This document shows, piece after piece, positions 16,694 through 25,202 of a stretch of 32,000 bases of DNA (its first letter is position 1; every line of letters begins with the position of its first letter). The DNA is from Acaryochloris marina S15 (GTDB lineage Bacteria > Cyanobacteriota > Cyanobacteriia > Thermosynechococcales > Thermosynechococcaceae), in assembly GCF_018336915.1 (NCBI RefSeq), contig NZ_CP064923.1, positions 840,001-872,000 of the forward strand, written 5' to 3'. The position numbers and the translations under genes were made by a program. The notes below the pieces were generated by a model. That model had not been told where the DNA came from. It made no database searches and was given only the letters and a program-made list of their open reading frames with translations.

Positions 16694-18862
16694 CTACTGG
16701 GTCTGCTCTTTCATCACCGCTTGGATTTGGGGATTGTAGAGCCTTAGATAGTTCCAATAGTTCTCGGAGACGGATTTGACGTAGTTCTTCGTCTCCGGAA
16801 ATGGGATGTCTTCGACAAAGACATCGACATCCGTGACGGAGTTTTGCTTAACCCATCGATCCACGTTGCCCGGGCCGGCATTGTAGCTTGCGATCGCAAG
16901 CATGGAATTGTCGTTATAGTTGCGGTGGGTATAGTCCAGGTACCAGGTGCCAAGATTGATATTGTCATCAATTCCATCGATCTCATAGGTTTTCAAACCC
17001 GCTTTGCCACTCACCCAGTCTGCCGTTTCTGGCAGTACCTGCATCAGGCCGACGGCCCCCGCCACCGAGCGGATTTTGGGTTGGAATCGAGATTCCTGCC
17101 GCATTAAGCTAAGCACCAGGAACGGATTAAGATTGCGCTGGTTGGACCATTTACGAATGGGAGTGAAATAGGCCAAAGGAAATAATGCCTGTTCAAAGCC
17201 CGGATGGTCTTGCCATTGTTCGACTAGTTTTTCCGGATCTTTTTCCTCCCGCGCCCGAGTTTCCAGATTGGCCAGCATATAAATGCCGTCTAGATATTCC
17301 TCGACCCCCAGACGCAGCAAGCCATCCGTGAGCTGCTCCGATAAGCTGGGTTCCTGGCGATTACGAAACTCCCATTGCCAGCGTTTCCAAGCCGTTTTGT
17401 TTTGTCCGAGCTGGTATAGCTCTTGCAGGGCTGGAGACCCAGCGGCTAAGGGCAGTTGGGTGCTGGGAAAGCGAATTTGCGGTTGAAACGAGCGAATCGA
17501 CGTAAAATCGCCGACGTTCCAGCCAGATAGTACCGCCGCTCGCCAGGCATAGTAGGAGTCAGGATAGGTCTTCCAGAGGGTTTGAAAGGCCGTTTGCCGC
17601 TCACCAGCCGTGGTGGCCCATTTCCCGGCCCAGAACACGGCGGTCGCGGCCTGGGGACTATTGGGGTTTTGGTCTTGGATTTCCAGGGCTAATTTGCGGG
17701 CACCCGCCAGGTTTCCTGCTTTTTGTTGCCGTTCTGCCTGCCGCCACCGCAGGGCCGCCGCATCGTTCGTGGTGGAAAACTGTTGCAGCAAGGTTTGCTC
17801 AAGGGTGGAAGACGGCTGCTTGGCCTTTTCTAGCCGCTGAATGCGCTCCCCGAGGATTTGGGCGGCTAAGTTGGGCTGCTGCTCCTGACTGAGCTGCAAG
17901 GCGCGGTCATAGTGCTGGGCTGCTTTGCCCAAGTCTGTCTCTAGACTGGCGAGCTTGCTCAAGGCTAGGGGCGTTTCCTTGGCCTCGGGGTAGGCGGCAA
18001 TCATTTTTTGATAGGCGGCAATCGCTTTTTTCTTTTCCCCCCCTAACTGCAAGCCTCGTGCGCCTCGATAGGCCGTTTGGGAGGTTTGGGGAGCTTGGGC
18101 ATAGGCTAGTGCCCCTTCCTTATAAATTTGTTTTTCCCAGTATCCAAAGGCGATGATTTGCCAGTCAGCAGGCTTGAGCTGGCCTTTGAACTCCTTTGTC
18201 AGCTGGGTTAAGTAATCCCCATAGTTAGTTAAAAACAAGCCATGCTCCGCAATCAGCATTAGCAGCTTTAACTGCTTGGGCTTTTTCTTTAACTGCTCCA
18301 CGGCAATCTTCACGGTCTGGGGATGGCCAGGGAAGTCGGTGATGGCTTGCTGCCACAGCTCCGGCTTTTGCTTGCCCAGTGCAAATAAAGCTTCTGCTGC
18401 TGCAGGCTCTTTTGCATAATCGGCAATGATTCGCTGCCATGTCCCTGTGGCTTTCTCAGTTTGTCCCGCTAGGGTTTGAGCCTCAGCCTGAAGGACGGCG
18501 ATATGGCTAGCCAATAGGGGGTAACGCTCTTCCAATCCCTCTAACCAGCGCAGGGCTTCTGCTCCTTGCTGCAGGTCAATTAAGTCCGCAGCTAAAACAT
18601 ACCGGGCCTGATTCTGTTCTTGGGCTGTGCCCTGTTGAGCTAGCTGCTTAAGGGGATCTAAACGCTGCTGGGCGGGGAGGGGCCGTAACGCCACTAGGGC
18701 GGAATTGGCGGGGGAAACCTGTTGCGATCCCAGGGGCTGATCCGTAGATTCCAGCTTTGGTTTGAGAAACAGCCAGGCCAACCCCAAGACAAGGGCACTG
18801 CTGAGCCCCATGGAGATAATCCAGGGAGCTAAGCGTTTCAAAAAATTGGGAGAACTGCCCAT
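16694..18862 (-). CDS. Soluble lytic murein transglycosylase (Slt70-like: N-terminal anchor, helical superhelix, C-terminal SLT domain)
   Basis: 722 aa. The SLT catalytic block reads LVLSLMRQESRFQPKIRSVAGAVGLMQVLPETA...AIASYNAGPGNV. N-terminal hydrophobic segment WIISMGLSSALVLGLAWLFL. Confidence 0.9.
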   Translation of the reverse strand: MGSSPNFLKRLAPWIISMGLSSALVLGLAWLFLKPKLESTDQPLGSQQVSPANSALVALRPLPAQQRLDPLKQLAQQGTAQEQNQARYVLAADLIDLQQGAEALRWLEGLEERYPLLASHIAVLQAEAQTLAGQTEKATGTWQRIIADYAKEPAAAEALFALGKQKPELWQQAITDFPGHPQTVKIAVEQLKKKPKQLKLLMLIAEHGLFLTNYGDYLTQLTKEFKGQLKPADWQIIAFGYWEKQIYKEGALAYAQAPQTSQTAYRGARGLQLGGEKKKAIAAYQKMIAAYPEAKETPLALSKLASLETDLGKAAQHYDRALQLSQEQQPNLAAQILGERIQRLEKAKQPSSTLEQTLLQQFSTTNDAAALRWRQAERQQKAGNLAGARKLALEIQDQNPNSPQAATAVFWAGKWATTAGERQTAFQTLWKTYPDSYYAWRAAVLSGWNVGDFTSIRSFQPQIRFPSTQLPLAAGSPALQELYQLGQNKTAWKRWQWEFRNRQEPSLSEQLTDGLLRLGVEEYLDGIYMLANLETRAREEKDPEKLVEQWQDHPGFEQALFPLAYFTPIRKWSNQRNLNPFLVLSLMRQESRFQPKIRSVAGAVGLMQVLPETADWVSGKAGLKTYEIDGIDDNINLGTWYLDYTHRNYNDNSMLAIASYNAGPGNVDRWVKQNSVTDVDVFVEDIPFPETKNYVKSVSENYWNYLRLYNPQIQAVMKEQTQ

Positions 18863-19027
18863 GGGTATGAAAAAGGTTAAAAAATAGGAAAGCTCATTGC
18901 ATTCTAGAAAATAATTCGAGAACCTGTAATGGGTCCGTTGCGTTTAATGACTCATCCTTCAAGGCTGAGAGTTAACCGACTACTATGTAAATGAATGCAG
19001 CTCTAGTTTAAGCTGAGGAGCCCCCTA

Positions 19028-19417
19028 GTGAATCTGAATCAATCCCAGCGTTTTTCCGCTGGCTTATCTGCGATTCGGTCTTGGTTGACCTTTGTGATCA
19101 TCGTGGTCTTGTTAGGATCGATTGGCCTAGGCTGGGTGCTGAAATCGTTATTGGTCTTATTTGGCTTGATCTTGGTGACGCCTGTGGTCCTATTTGTGGG
19201 GCTGCGCTGGTGGTTGAGTCGCAACTTAATTCAGGGCACCTGTCCCTCCTGTGGCAATCCCCTGACTGGGCTAAAAAATACCCAGACCACTTGCCCCTTC
19301 TGTGCCCAATCTGTAGCCGTCGAGAACGCTAACTTTCAACGTCCGTCCGAGCCGGGAACGATTGATGTCCAGGCGGTGGATGTGACCAGTAAAACCCTTG
19401 AGTCGTCCCAGGACTGA
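19028..19417 (+). CDS. Membrane protein with two TM segments and a C-terminal zinc-ribbon (CPSC...CPFC)
   Basis: GTG start 6 nt after GAGGAG. TM stretches LTFVIIVVLLGSIGLGWVL and LVLFGLILVTPVVLFVGL, followed by CPSCGNPLTG...CPFCAQ. Confidence 0.65.
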   Translation: MNLNQSQRFSAGLSAIRSWLTFVIIVVLLGSIGLGWVLKSLLVLFGLILVTPVVLFVGLRWWLSRNLIQGTCPSCGNPLTGLKNTQTTCPFCAQSVAVENANFQRPSEPGTIDVQAVDVTSKTLESSQD

Positions 19418-19987
19418 CTAGGGGACAAAGCGCGGGTCGCTATTTTGACAAGTTACCGTGGTGGGATCGAGGTTAATCAGGGCTTCCCTAGAAAAGTCGA
19501 TGGCCCAGGCCCGTGTGGTGGTTAATGCTTGTGAGTCTTCTCGAACGATAGCAAAGATAGCCTGTCGGTCTTCATCGGTCTGATGGCAGCCTTGACTAAG
19601 GGCGAGTTCATCCTGGTGCAGTTTCGATAAGGGTTTAACTTGGACAATTTTCCAAACGGCCTTCTGTGTTTTGGTGTAGCGGACGAGCCGTTGGAGGAAA
19701 AAGTACGATCCGTCTTTGCGATCGCAAACCACGCTGCCATATTCGTATCGTCCCTGCTTCCCCAATAGGGCATCGGCATAGCCTTGGCAAAATTCGTCAG
19801 GAAGTTCTGTATATTCTTTCCCTTGCCAGGCATGGGTACAAGCCTGGACCGGTGATAGTCCCAAGGTCAGTAGACTCAGGATTCCGATTTGGCAACATTG
19901 CCCCACTCTAGGCAGTGTAGGTAACCCATGGTTCGCCAATGCGTTTAGCCTAACCCTCGATTGATGAATCATGTCTCTTTTGTACAA
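19418..19987 (-). CDS. Hypothetical exported protein
   Basis: 189-aa ORF with an N-terminal hydrophobic stretch IGILSLLTLGLSPVQA and several Cys in the mature part. No family recognised. Confidence 0.55.
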   Translation of the reverse strand: MYKRDMIHQSRVRLNALANHGLPTLPRVGQCCQIGILSLLTLGLSPVQACTHAWQGKEYTELPDEFCQGYADALLGKQGRYEYGSVVCDRKDGSYFFLQRLVRYTKTQKAVWKIVQVKPLSKLHQDELALSQGCHQTDEDRQAIFAIVREDSQALTTTRAWAIDFSREALINLDPTTVTCQNSDPRFVP

Positions 19988-20312
19988 ATCACCCGTGTAT
20001 GACCAACTTTCACTTTCAATGTTGAGATACCCTTGCAGTCAAAACATTACTGGTCATAGCTCCCTGAGTCAAAGTTCTTCGGGGCAAGAGATCGCTTTTT
20101 ACCTAAATCGGGGAAAACTAGGTATAGGGATGATTTCAGGGTTTTAGCTTTATTCTGTCGACGAAAAATTTCGATCATACCCCTGTTCCCTTAACCCGAT
20201 GACGGCTTCAGATTGTTAAGGACTCGGTTGAATGCCGGGAATGAACTCGTTTACGCCATTTCATCAGCCATTTCGTCCTCTTTCTGCAAGAATTCCCCCC
20301 TAGGAGCAATTA

Positions 20313-21230
20313 GTGATCATGCGGCGCCATCAAGATAAAATCAGAGTGGGTGAAGTCCTACTGCAAAAAGGGCTGATCAGTTCAGCTCAATTGCGTGATG
20401 CGTTAGCCACTCAAGGAGCCAGCCATCTAAAGCTGGGGGAAATTTTAGTTCAACAGGGGGTTGTCACTCCCAAGCAAGTCCGTCAAGCCCTGAATGAGCA
20501 GCTCTGGCGCAATGTGATTGCCACATGCGTGTTAACCGCTAGTACGCTTCTTCCTAACTTGCCCAAAGTAGCCGCTCAATTACCAGAAGTGGCCGATCAG
20601 CGTCGCCACCAGGGTCCCCTGCTTTCCCAAAATGATATCGGCGGGGGCGAGCCCGCCACGGGAGGCACTACTGCTTCCCCTGCATCCTCAGAGATTTACT
20701 ATCCAGCCTTTGTGGAAGTGCCTTTGGCTAAGCGAGCTTCAGTGGACTCACCCCTCAAAGGCTTTTGTCATCCTCTCAATGGCCAAGGCTGGTTGAGTCA
20801 AGGCATTCGGGGCAGAACCCACCGAGGCCGGATGGAATATGCCTATGATTTAGCCACCAGCATTGGCACGCCTGTGTATGCCATGCGGGCAGGAAAAGTG
20901 ATTGCCGTTCAGGATAAATACCCCGATATCGGCGGGGGCAAGGAAAATATTTCTCGCTTCAATTATGTTTGGATTGAGCATGATGAAGGGTATCGTTCCG
21001 TCTATGTGCATTTGCAGCAGGGATTCCGCCGCAAAGTCTCGATCAAATCTGGAGACCGCGTCAAGGCGGGGCAGTTGATTGGCTATAGCGGTAATTCGGG
21101 CTGGAGCACTGGACCGCACCTCCATGTAGAAGTGCAGAAGCCCCATAAGAAACGTAAGTTTACGAAAACTGTACCCTTTAAAATTTCAGGGGCTTGTCAT
21201 AATAACCAACTTGCCCGGACGGCAAAATAG
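20313..21230 (+). CDS. M23 family metallopeptidase with an N-terminal MshEN (T2SSE_N-like) module
   Basis: GTG start 6 nt after AGGAG. C-terminal M23 block: YAYDLATSIGTPVYAMRAGKVIAV...YVWIEHDEGYRSVYVHL...GQLIGYSGNSGWSTGPHLHVEV. N-terminal block: RVGEVLLQKGLISSAQLRDALATQ-GASHL-KLGEILVQQGVVTPKQVRQALNEQ. Confidence 0.85.
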   Translation: MIMRRHQDKIRVGEVLLQKGLISSAQLRDALATQGASHLKLGEILVQQGVVTPKQVRQALNEQLWRNVIATCVLTASTLLPNLPKVAAQLPEVADQRRHQGPLLSQNDIGGGEPATGGTTASPASSEIYYPAFVEVPLAKRASVDSPLKGFCHPLNGQGWLSQGIRGRTHRGRMEYAYDLATSIGTPVYAMRAGKVIAVQDKYPDIGGGKENISRFNYVWIEHDEGYRSVYVHLQQGFRRKVSIKSGDRVKAGQLIGYSGNSGWSTGPHLHVEVQKPHKKRKFTKTVPFKISGACHNNQLARTAK

Positions 21231-21329
21231 TTGGATTTATAGGGAAATCTCCCCAGTTGGGGCAGATGTGTTTATCATTGACTCTGAATTAAGTGGGATT
21301 GACTTATCCCCCAGTCTGTCACTGTCCTT

Positions 21330-22856
21330 ATGAATCCCTTTAGTCTTTGGCAACGGTACAAACTGGCCCAACGTCCTGAGCTGTGGCTGGGAGTCATTGC
21401 TGTGAGTTTGGCCCTTCTCAACTTGAGCTTGGCTTGGATTCATACCCGGAATGCGGATCTGGTCGCCATTATGGGTCTCTGCTGGGGTATTGTCGCCTAT
21501 TCAATTTGGACACGACGCCAGACTTTCCCCCTAGGCAGTGAACCCTATTCAACGGCTGCCGGCTGCCTACTGCTGGCCTGGGCCGGGTATAAAAGCTGGG
21601 TGATGCCCGACTACGATTCGTTTATTCGGATTCAGCCCTTTCTCTTTTGTTTGGGTTGGGGTCTATTGGCGTCCAGGGCCAAACAGTTGGGTACCTACCG
21701 CAGAGAGCTGAGTGTTTTGTTGGTCTTAGCCTTACCCGAAGGGATTTTGGCCCAATGGGCCGAGCAAGTGATTAACATCAGCGAAGTGGCGGCTCAATCC
21801 ACCACGGCGATGCTCTGGTACTTAGGGGTTGAGGTGAAGCGCCAAGGGGTGTTTGTTCTCCTCCCTGGGGGCGGCATTGAGGTCTATCGAGGCTGCTCGG
21901 GACTCAAAGCCATGCTAGAGCTCCTGAGACTATCCCTGATCTTCCTGGTGATGGTGCCCACCCGTGGATGGGAGAAGCTGATCGTGCCTTGTGTGGGGGT
22001 CGGCCTGGCCTATGGAGTGAATGTGATTCGCTTAGGCATCATGACCCTCTTGGCCGCGTCCGACTATCAAGATGCCTTTCACTATTGGCATGAAGGGGAA
22101 GGCTCAAATATCTTTCCTATACTGGCTATGCTGATCTTTGCTGGCTTTTGTGTCTTCCTTTTACATCGCAAAGAGACGCCAAAGACGAGTAGCCCTCCGT
22201 ATCCCCCAGGGACCCTGCCTCGATGGCGGTTACTGACCTTTGCCTCAGTGCTGGCGGGAACGCTAGTAGTCCAAGCCGGAACGCTGTGGCAGGCCATGAC
22301 CCTGGATCGTCAATCCTTTCGGTTTCCCCAACAGGTGCCTCTGAAACAGGCAACCCTGAATCGCAGCCAGGCTCGTCCGGGACAAAAAGGACATGCCTAT
22401 TCCGAAATCCTGGCTCAACATCAATATCAATATCAATTTCAAGGCCAGGATCTTCGAATTGACATGAGCTATGTGACGGGCACCACGGGGGATTTGCTTC
22501 GATTCCTAGAGAATTATCCCATCGCCGATCAAGCGCTGCAGCCTCTGCCTAAGCCGCAAGTGCGTCAGCAAGGCGCCAACTACTACGCCGTCTATACCCA
22601 TGGTGACCGAGCTTACTTAAGTGCCTGTTTGGATCCAGGAGGATTAGCGACGGTGGAAGAAGGGCATTTTATTCACAATTGGAATAGCCATTGGTATTTG
22701 TTAGGTCGAGACTATATTGATGATCGCTGTCTGTGGACTCATCTGTCGGTGCCCTTGAATCAACAGCCCCCTCAGCAAGCTTTCTCTGTTTTGGAATCGA
22801 ATTGGTTATCCTGGCAGGAATGGTGGCGAAATCGCATTCCTAACCTGAGTCTTTAG
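21330..22856 (+). CDS. Exosortase-family (cyanoexosortase) polytopic membrane protein with a fused 210-aa C-terminal domain
   Basis: Multi-TM N-terminal 290 aa with the exosortase Cys motif YRGCSGLKAMLELLRL (Cys codon 21894-21896) and NVIRLGIMTLL...HYWHEGEGSNIF. This is followed by one more TM (LLTFASVLAGTLVVQAGTLW) and a soluble domain. Confidence 0.75.
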   Translation: MNPFSLWQRYKLAQRPELWLGVIAVSLALLNLSLAWIHTRNADLVAIMGLCWGIVAYSIWTRRQTFPLGSEPYSTAAGCLLLAWAGYKSWVMPDYDSFIRIQPFLFCLGWGLLASRAKQLGTYRRELSVLLVLALPEGILAQWAEQVINISEVAAQSTTAMLWYLGVEVKRQGVFVLLPGGGIEVYRGCSGLKAMLELLRLSLIFLVMVPTRGWEKLIVPCVGVGLAYGVNVIRLGIMTLLAASDYQDAFHYWHEGEGSNIFPILAMLIFAGFCVFLLHRKETPKTSSPPYPPGTLPRWRLLTFASVLAGTLVVQAGTLWQAMTLDRQSFRFPQQVPLKQATLNRSQARPGQKGHAYSEILAQHQYQYQFQGQDLRIDMSYVTGTTGDLLRFLENYPIADQALQPLPKPQVRQQGANYYAVYTHGDRAYLSACLDPGGLATVEEGHFIHNWNSHWYLLGRDYIDDRCLWTHLSVPLNQQPPQQAFSVLESNWLSWQEWWRNRIPNLSL

Positions 22857-22904
22857 CAAGTGAGGCGGCCTATCTGCCCTGTACTGTACGAGAACTGACT
22901 ATCC

Positions 22905-23624
22905 ATGGCAAAACAACAACCTGCTGCATCCCCATCATCGACGTCTGCACCGCCCAGTAAGAATCAGTGGCTGTCTACCTTTGTATTGCGGATCGCAGGC
23001 TATGCTCTGCTGCTATTGACCTTAGTGGATACCCTGGCCATTCTCATTCCACCCCAGTTGCTCGATCCAGCCTGGGAATTAGAAACCATTGGCAGCTTGG
23101 TGGAGCGTTCTCCCGTTCCCCTGATTGGGTTTGCCTTGGTTGCCTCCGGGGGGCGTCGGTTTCGCCAGTCCCTGGATCGGTTTTGCTTTCAGGGGATACC
23201 GACTTTAGCGATTATCATTGGCCTGATTTATTGCCTGATGATTCCTTTAGGGATTTCCGATAGCCTCCGTTTAGGAAAGCAAAACCAGACCACGAGTGCA
23301 ACCTTGGTGAAACAAGCGGCGGATATTAAAAGTTTGGAGCAGCGGTTGAGTGCTGCCCCGGCAGCGGAAGTGGCAGAATGGGCGCAAAAGTTTCAGCCGC
23401 AGCTGGCGGAAGGGCGGGATCAAGAAACGGTTAAGGCCGGAGTCTTAGGGCAACTCAAATCGAATTTGATTAGCTTGCAGGCCCAGATCAATCGAGCTTC
23501 TGGGCAACCCACCCAACTCCGCAAGCAGACGATCAAGTGGTTAGTTGGTGCTTTGATTGCGGGGCTGTCTTTTCTCTATATTGGCAATACGGCCCGTAAA
23601 TTTCCGAATGTGAGAACGAGGTAA
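22905..23624 (+). CDS. Membrane protein, tentatively HpsJ-like
   Basis: 239 aa with TM helices (LRIAGYALLLLTLVDTLAILIPP, PVPLIGFALVA, IPTLAIIIGLIYCLMIPL, LVGALIAGLSFLYI) and a helical loop between them. The HpsJ label rests only on my recollection of the LLLL..D...ILIPP..W.E..TIG.LVER.PVPL pattern. Confidence 0.6.
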   Translation: MAKQQPAASPSSTSAPPSKNQWLSTFVLRIAGYALLLLTLVDTLAILIPPQLLDPAWELETIGSLVERSPVPLIGFALVASGGRRFRQSLDRFCFQGIPTLAIIIGLIYCLMIPLGISDSLRLGKQNQTTSATLVKQAADIKSLEQRLSAAPAAEVAEWAQKFQPQLAEGRDQETVKAGVLGQLKSNLISLQAQINRASGQPTQLRKQTIKWLVGALIAGLSFLYIGNTARKFPNVRTR

Positions 23625-23626
23625 GG

Positions 23627-25024
23627 GTGTTAACCCCCATAGAACAGTCTTGTTTACGCCATAGACGCCATCAGCTAGGACAGCAGTTCGAGGGGCAGGC
23701 CCTGCTCTGGTCTGGGGTTGCTCCCTTTCGAAACTTTGCCGCCAATCATTTCCCCTTTCGAGCCAGTAGTCATTTTTTGTACTTTGCTGGATTGCCCCTA
23801 CACAATGCAGTGATTGGTTTAGAGGGAGGCCAGCTCACCTTGTTTTGGGATGAGCCCCACCCTGATGCCGCCCTCTGGCATGGTCCGAGTCTGAGTCGAG
23901 GCGAAATGGCGGATCAGATCGGGGCTGAAACTTACTTGCCTCTATCTGCAGTCCCTACTTGGGCGCAACAGGCAGCAACCTTACCTGCGCTCTCTGCCGA
24001 TACCCGTCAACAACAAATAGAGGGGTTGGGGCGTCCAGTCCCTGCCATCACCTCTCAAGGGAGTCAGGATGAGGGAGGCAATCGAGATCGTCACCTCGCT
24101 GCTGCTGTGATTCAATTGCGCTTACAGCAGGATGGATTTGCCCTTGACCAGCTGCAGCAAGCCGCCGACATTACGGTTGCGGCCCATTTGCAAGGGATGA
24201 GGTCTACCCTGAACCACGCTTCAGAAGCAGCTATTCGGGCTGAAATTGAAGCGGTGATGATGGCGCATCAATGCCCGACGGCCTATGCCAGTATCGTCAC
24301 AGTTCAAGGGGAAATTCTCCATAATGACGCCTATCCCCATGCCTTGGCACCCGGTGATCTACTGCTAGTGGATGCTGGGGCAGAAACGCCCTTAGGCTGG
24401 GCTGCAGATGTCACCCGCACTTGGCCGGTATCGGGGCATTTCTCGTCTACCCAGCGCGATGTGTATGACATTGTGCTTGCGGCTCATGATGCTTGTATTG
24501 CTGCCATCAGACCTGGGGTCGAATTCCGCGATCTGCATCTGTTGGCGGCCCAGACCATTGCCTCGGGCCTCGTCGATATCGGTATTCTCAAGGGCCAGCC
24601 TGAAGTGCTGGTGGAGCGGGATGCCCATGCTCTGTTCTTCCCCCATGGAATTGGTCACTTACTGGGGCTGGATGTTCACGATATGGAAGATTTAGGAGAT
24701 TTGGCGGGCTATGGGGCTGGGAGACAGAGATGCGATCGCATGGGGCTACGCTACCTCCGGCTAGATCGACCCTTACGTCCTCAGATGCTGGTCACCATTG
24801 AACCGGGCTTTTACCAAATTCCGGCCCTCCTCAATCACCCAGACCTACGCCAACAGTATCGAGATTGCGTTAATTGGGATCGCCTGGCCCACTTTGAGGA
24901 TGTTCGGGGGATTCGGATTGAAGATGATGTGCTAGTCACGGCAGAAGGCTGTCAGGTCTTAACGTCGGCTTTACCCACTCAAGGGGCTGAAGTGGAAGCC
25001 TGTGTGCAAGGCTCAACGTCTTAA
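23627..25024 (+). CDS. pepP: Xaa-Pro aminopeptidase (M24B, aminopeptidase P family)
   Basis: 465 aa: LLVDAGAE...ADVTRTWPVSG, FFPHGIGHLLGLDVHD, VTIEPGFY and GIRIEDDVLVT, which are the M24B metal ligand blocks. The GTG start lies 2 nt after the upstream stop. Confidence 0.85.
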   Translation: MLTPIEQSCLRHRRHQLGQQFEGQALLWSGVAPFRNFAANHFPFRASSHFLYFAGLPLHNAVIGLEGGQLTLFWDEPHPDAALWHGPSLSRGEMADQIGAETYLPLSAVPTWAQQAATLPALSADTRQQQIEGLGRPVPAITSQGSQDEGGNRDRHLAAAVIQLRLQQDGFALDQLQQAADITVAAHLQGMRSTLNHASEAAIRAEIEAVMMAHQCPTAYASIVTVQGEILHNDAYPHALAPGDLLLVDAGAETPLGWAADVTRTWPVSGHFSSTQRDVYDIVLAAHDACIAAIRPGVEFRDLHLLAAQTIASGLVDIGILKGQPEVLVERDAHALFFPHGIGHLLGLDVHDMEDLGDLAGYGAGRQRCDRMGLRYLRLDRPLRPQMLVTIEPGFYQIPALLNHPDLRQQYRDCVNWDRLAHFEDVRGIRIEDDVLVTAEGCQVLTSALPTQGAEVEACVQGSTS

Positions 25025-25202
25025 TCGATAAGACTTTACCCTCCATTCACTTACAGCCGGGGTATGGGTTCTCCTAGAAAGCAGTTCTAAACATTCCGAC
25101 TTCCTGGTACTTTGAGAAGAAGGCCTAAGGGCCAAACCGTATTCTGGAACACCAGACCATCTTCTGTGATGTTCCTTTGCTCCTTTCGATGCAACTGTAT
25201 CC

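Noticed and set aside
19415-19420. The convergent genes 19028-19417 and 19418-19987 abut exactly (TGA directly followed by CTA).
   Set aside because: This is just tight convergent packing. No hairpin or shared element is visible, and it is not informative on its own.
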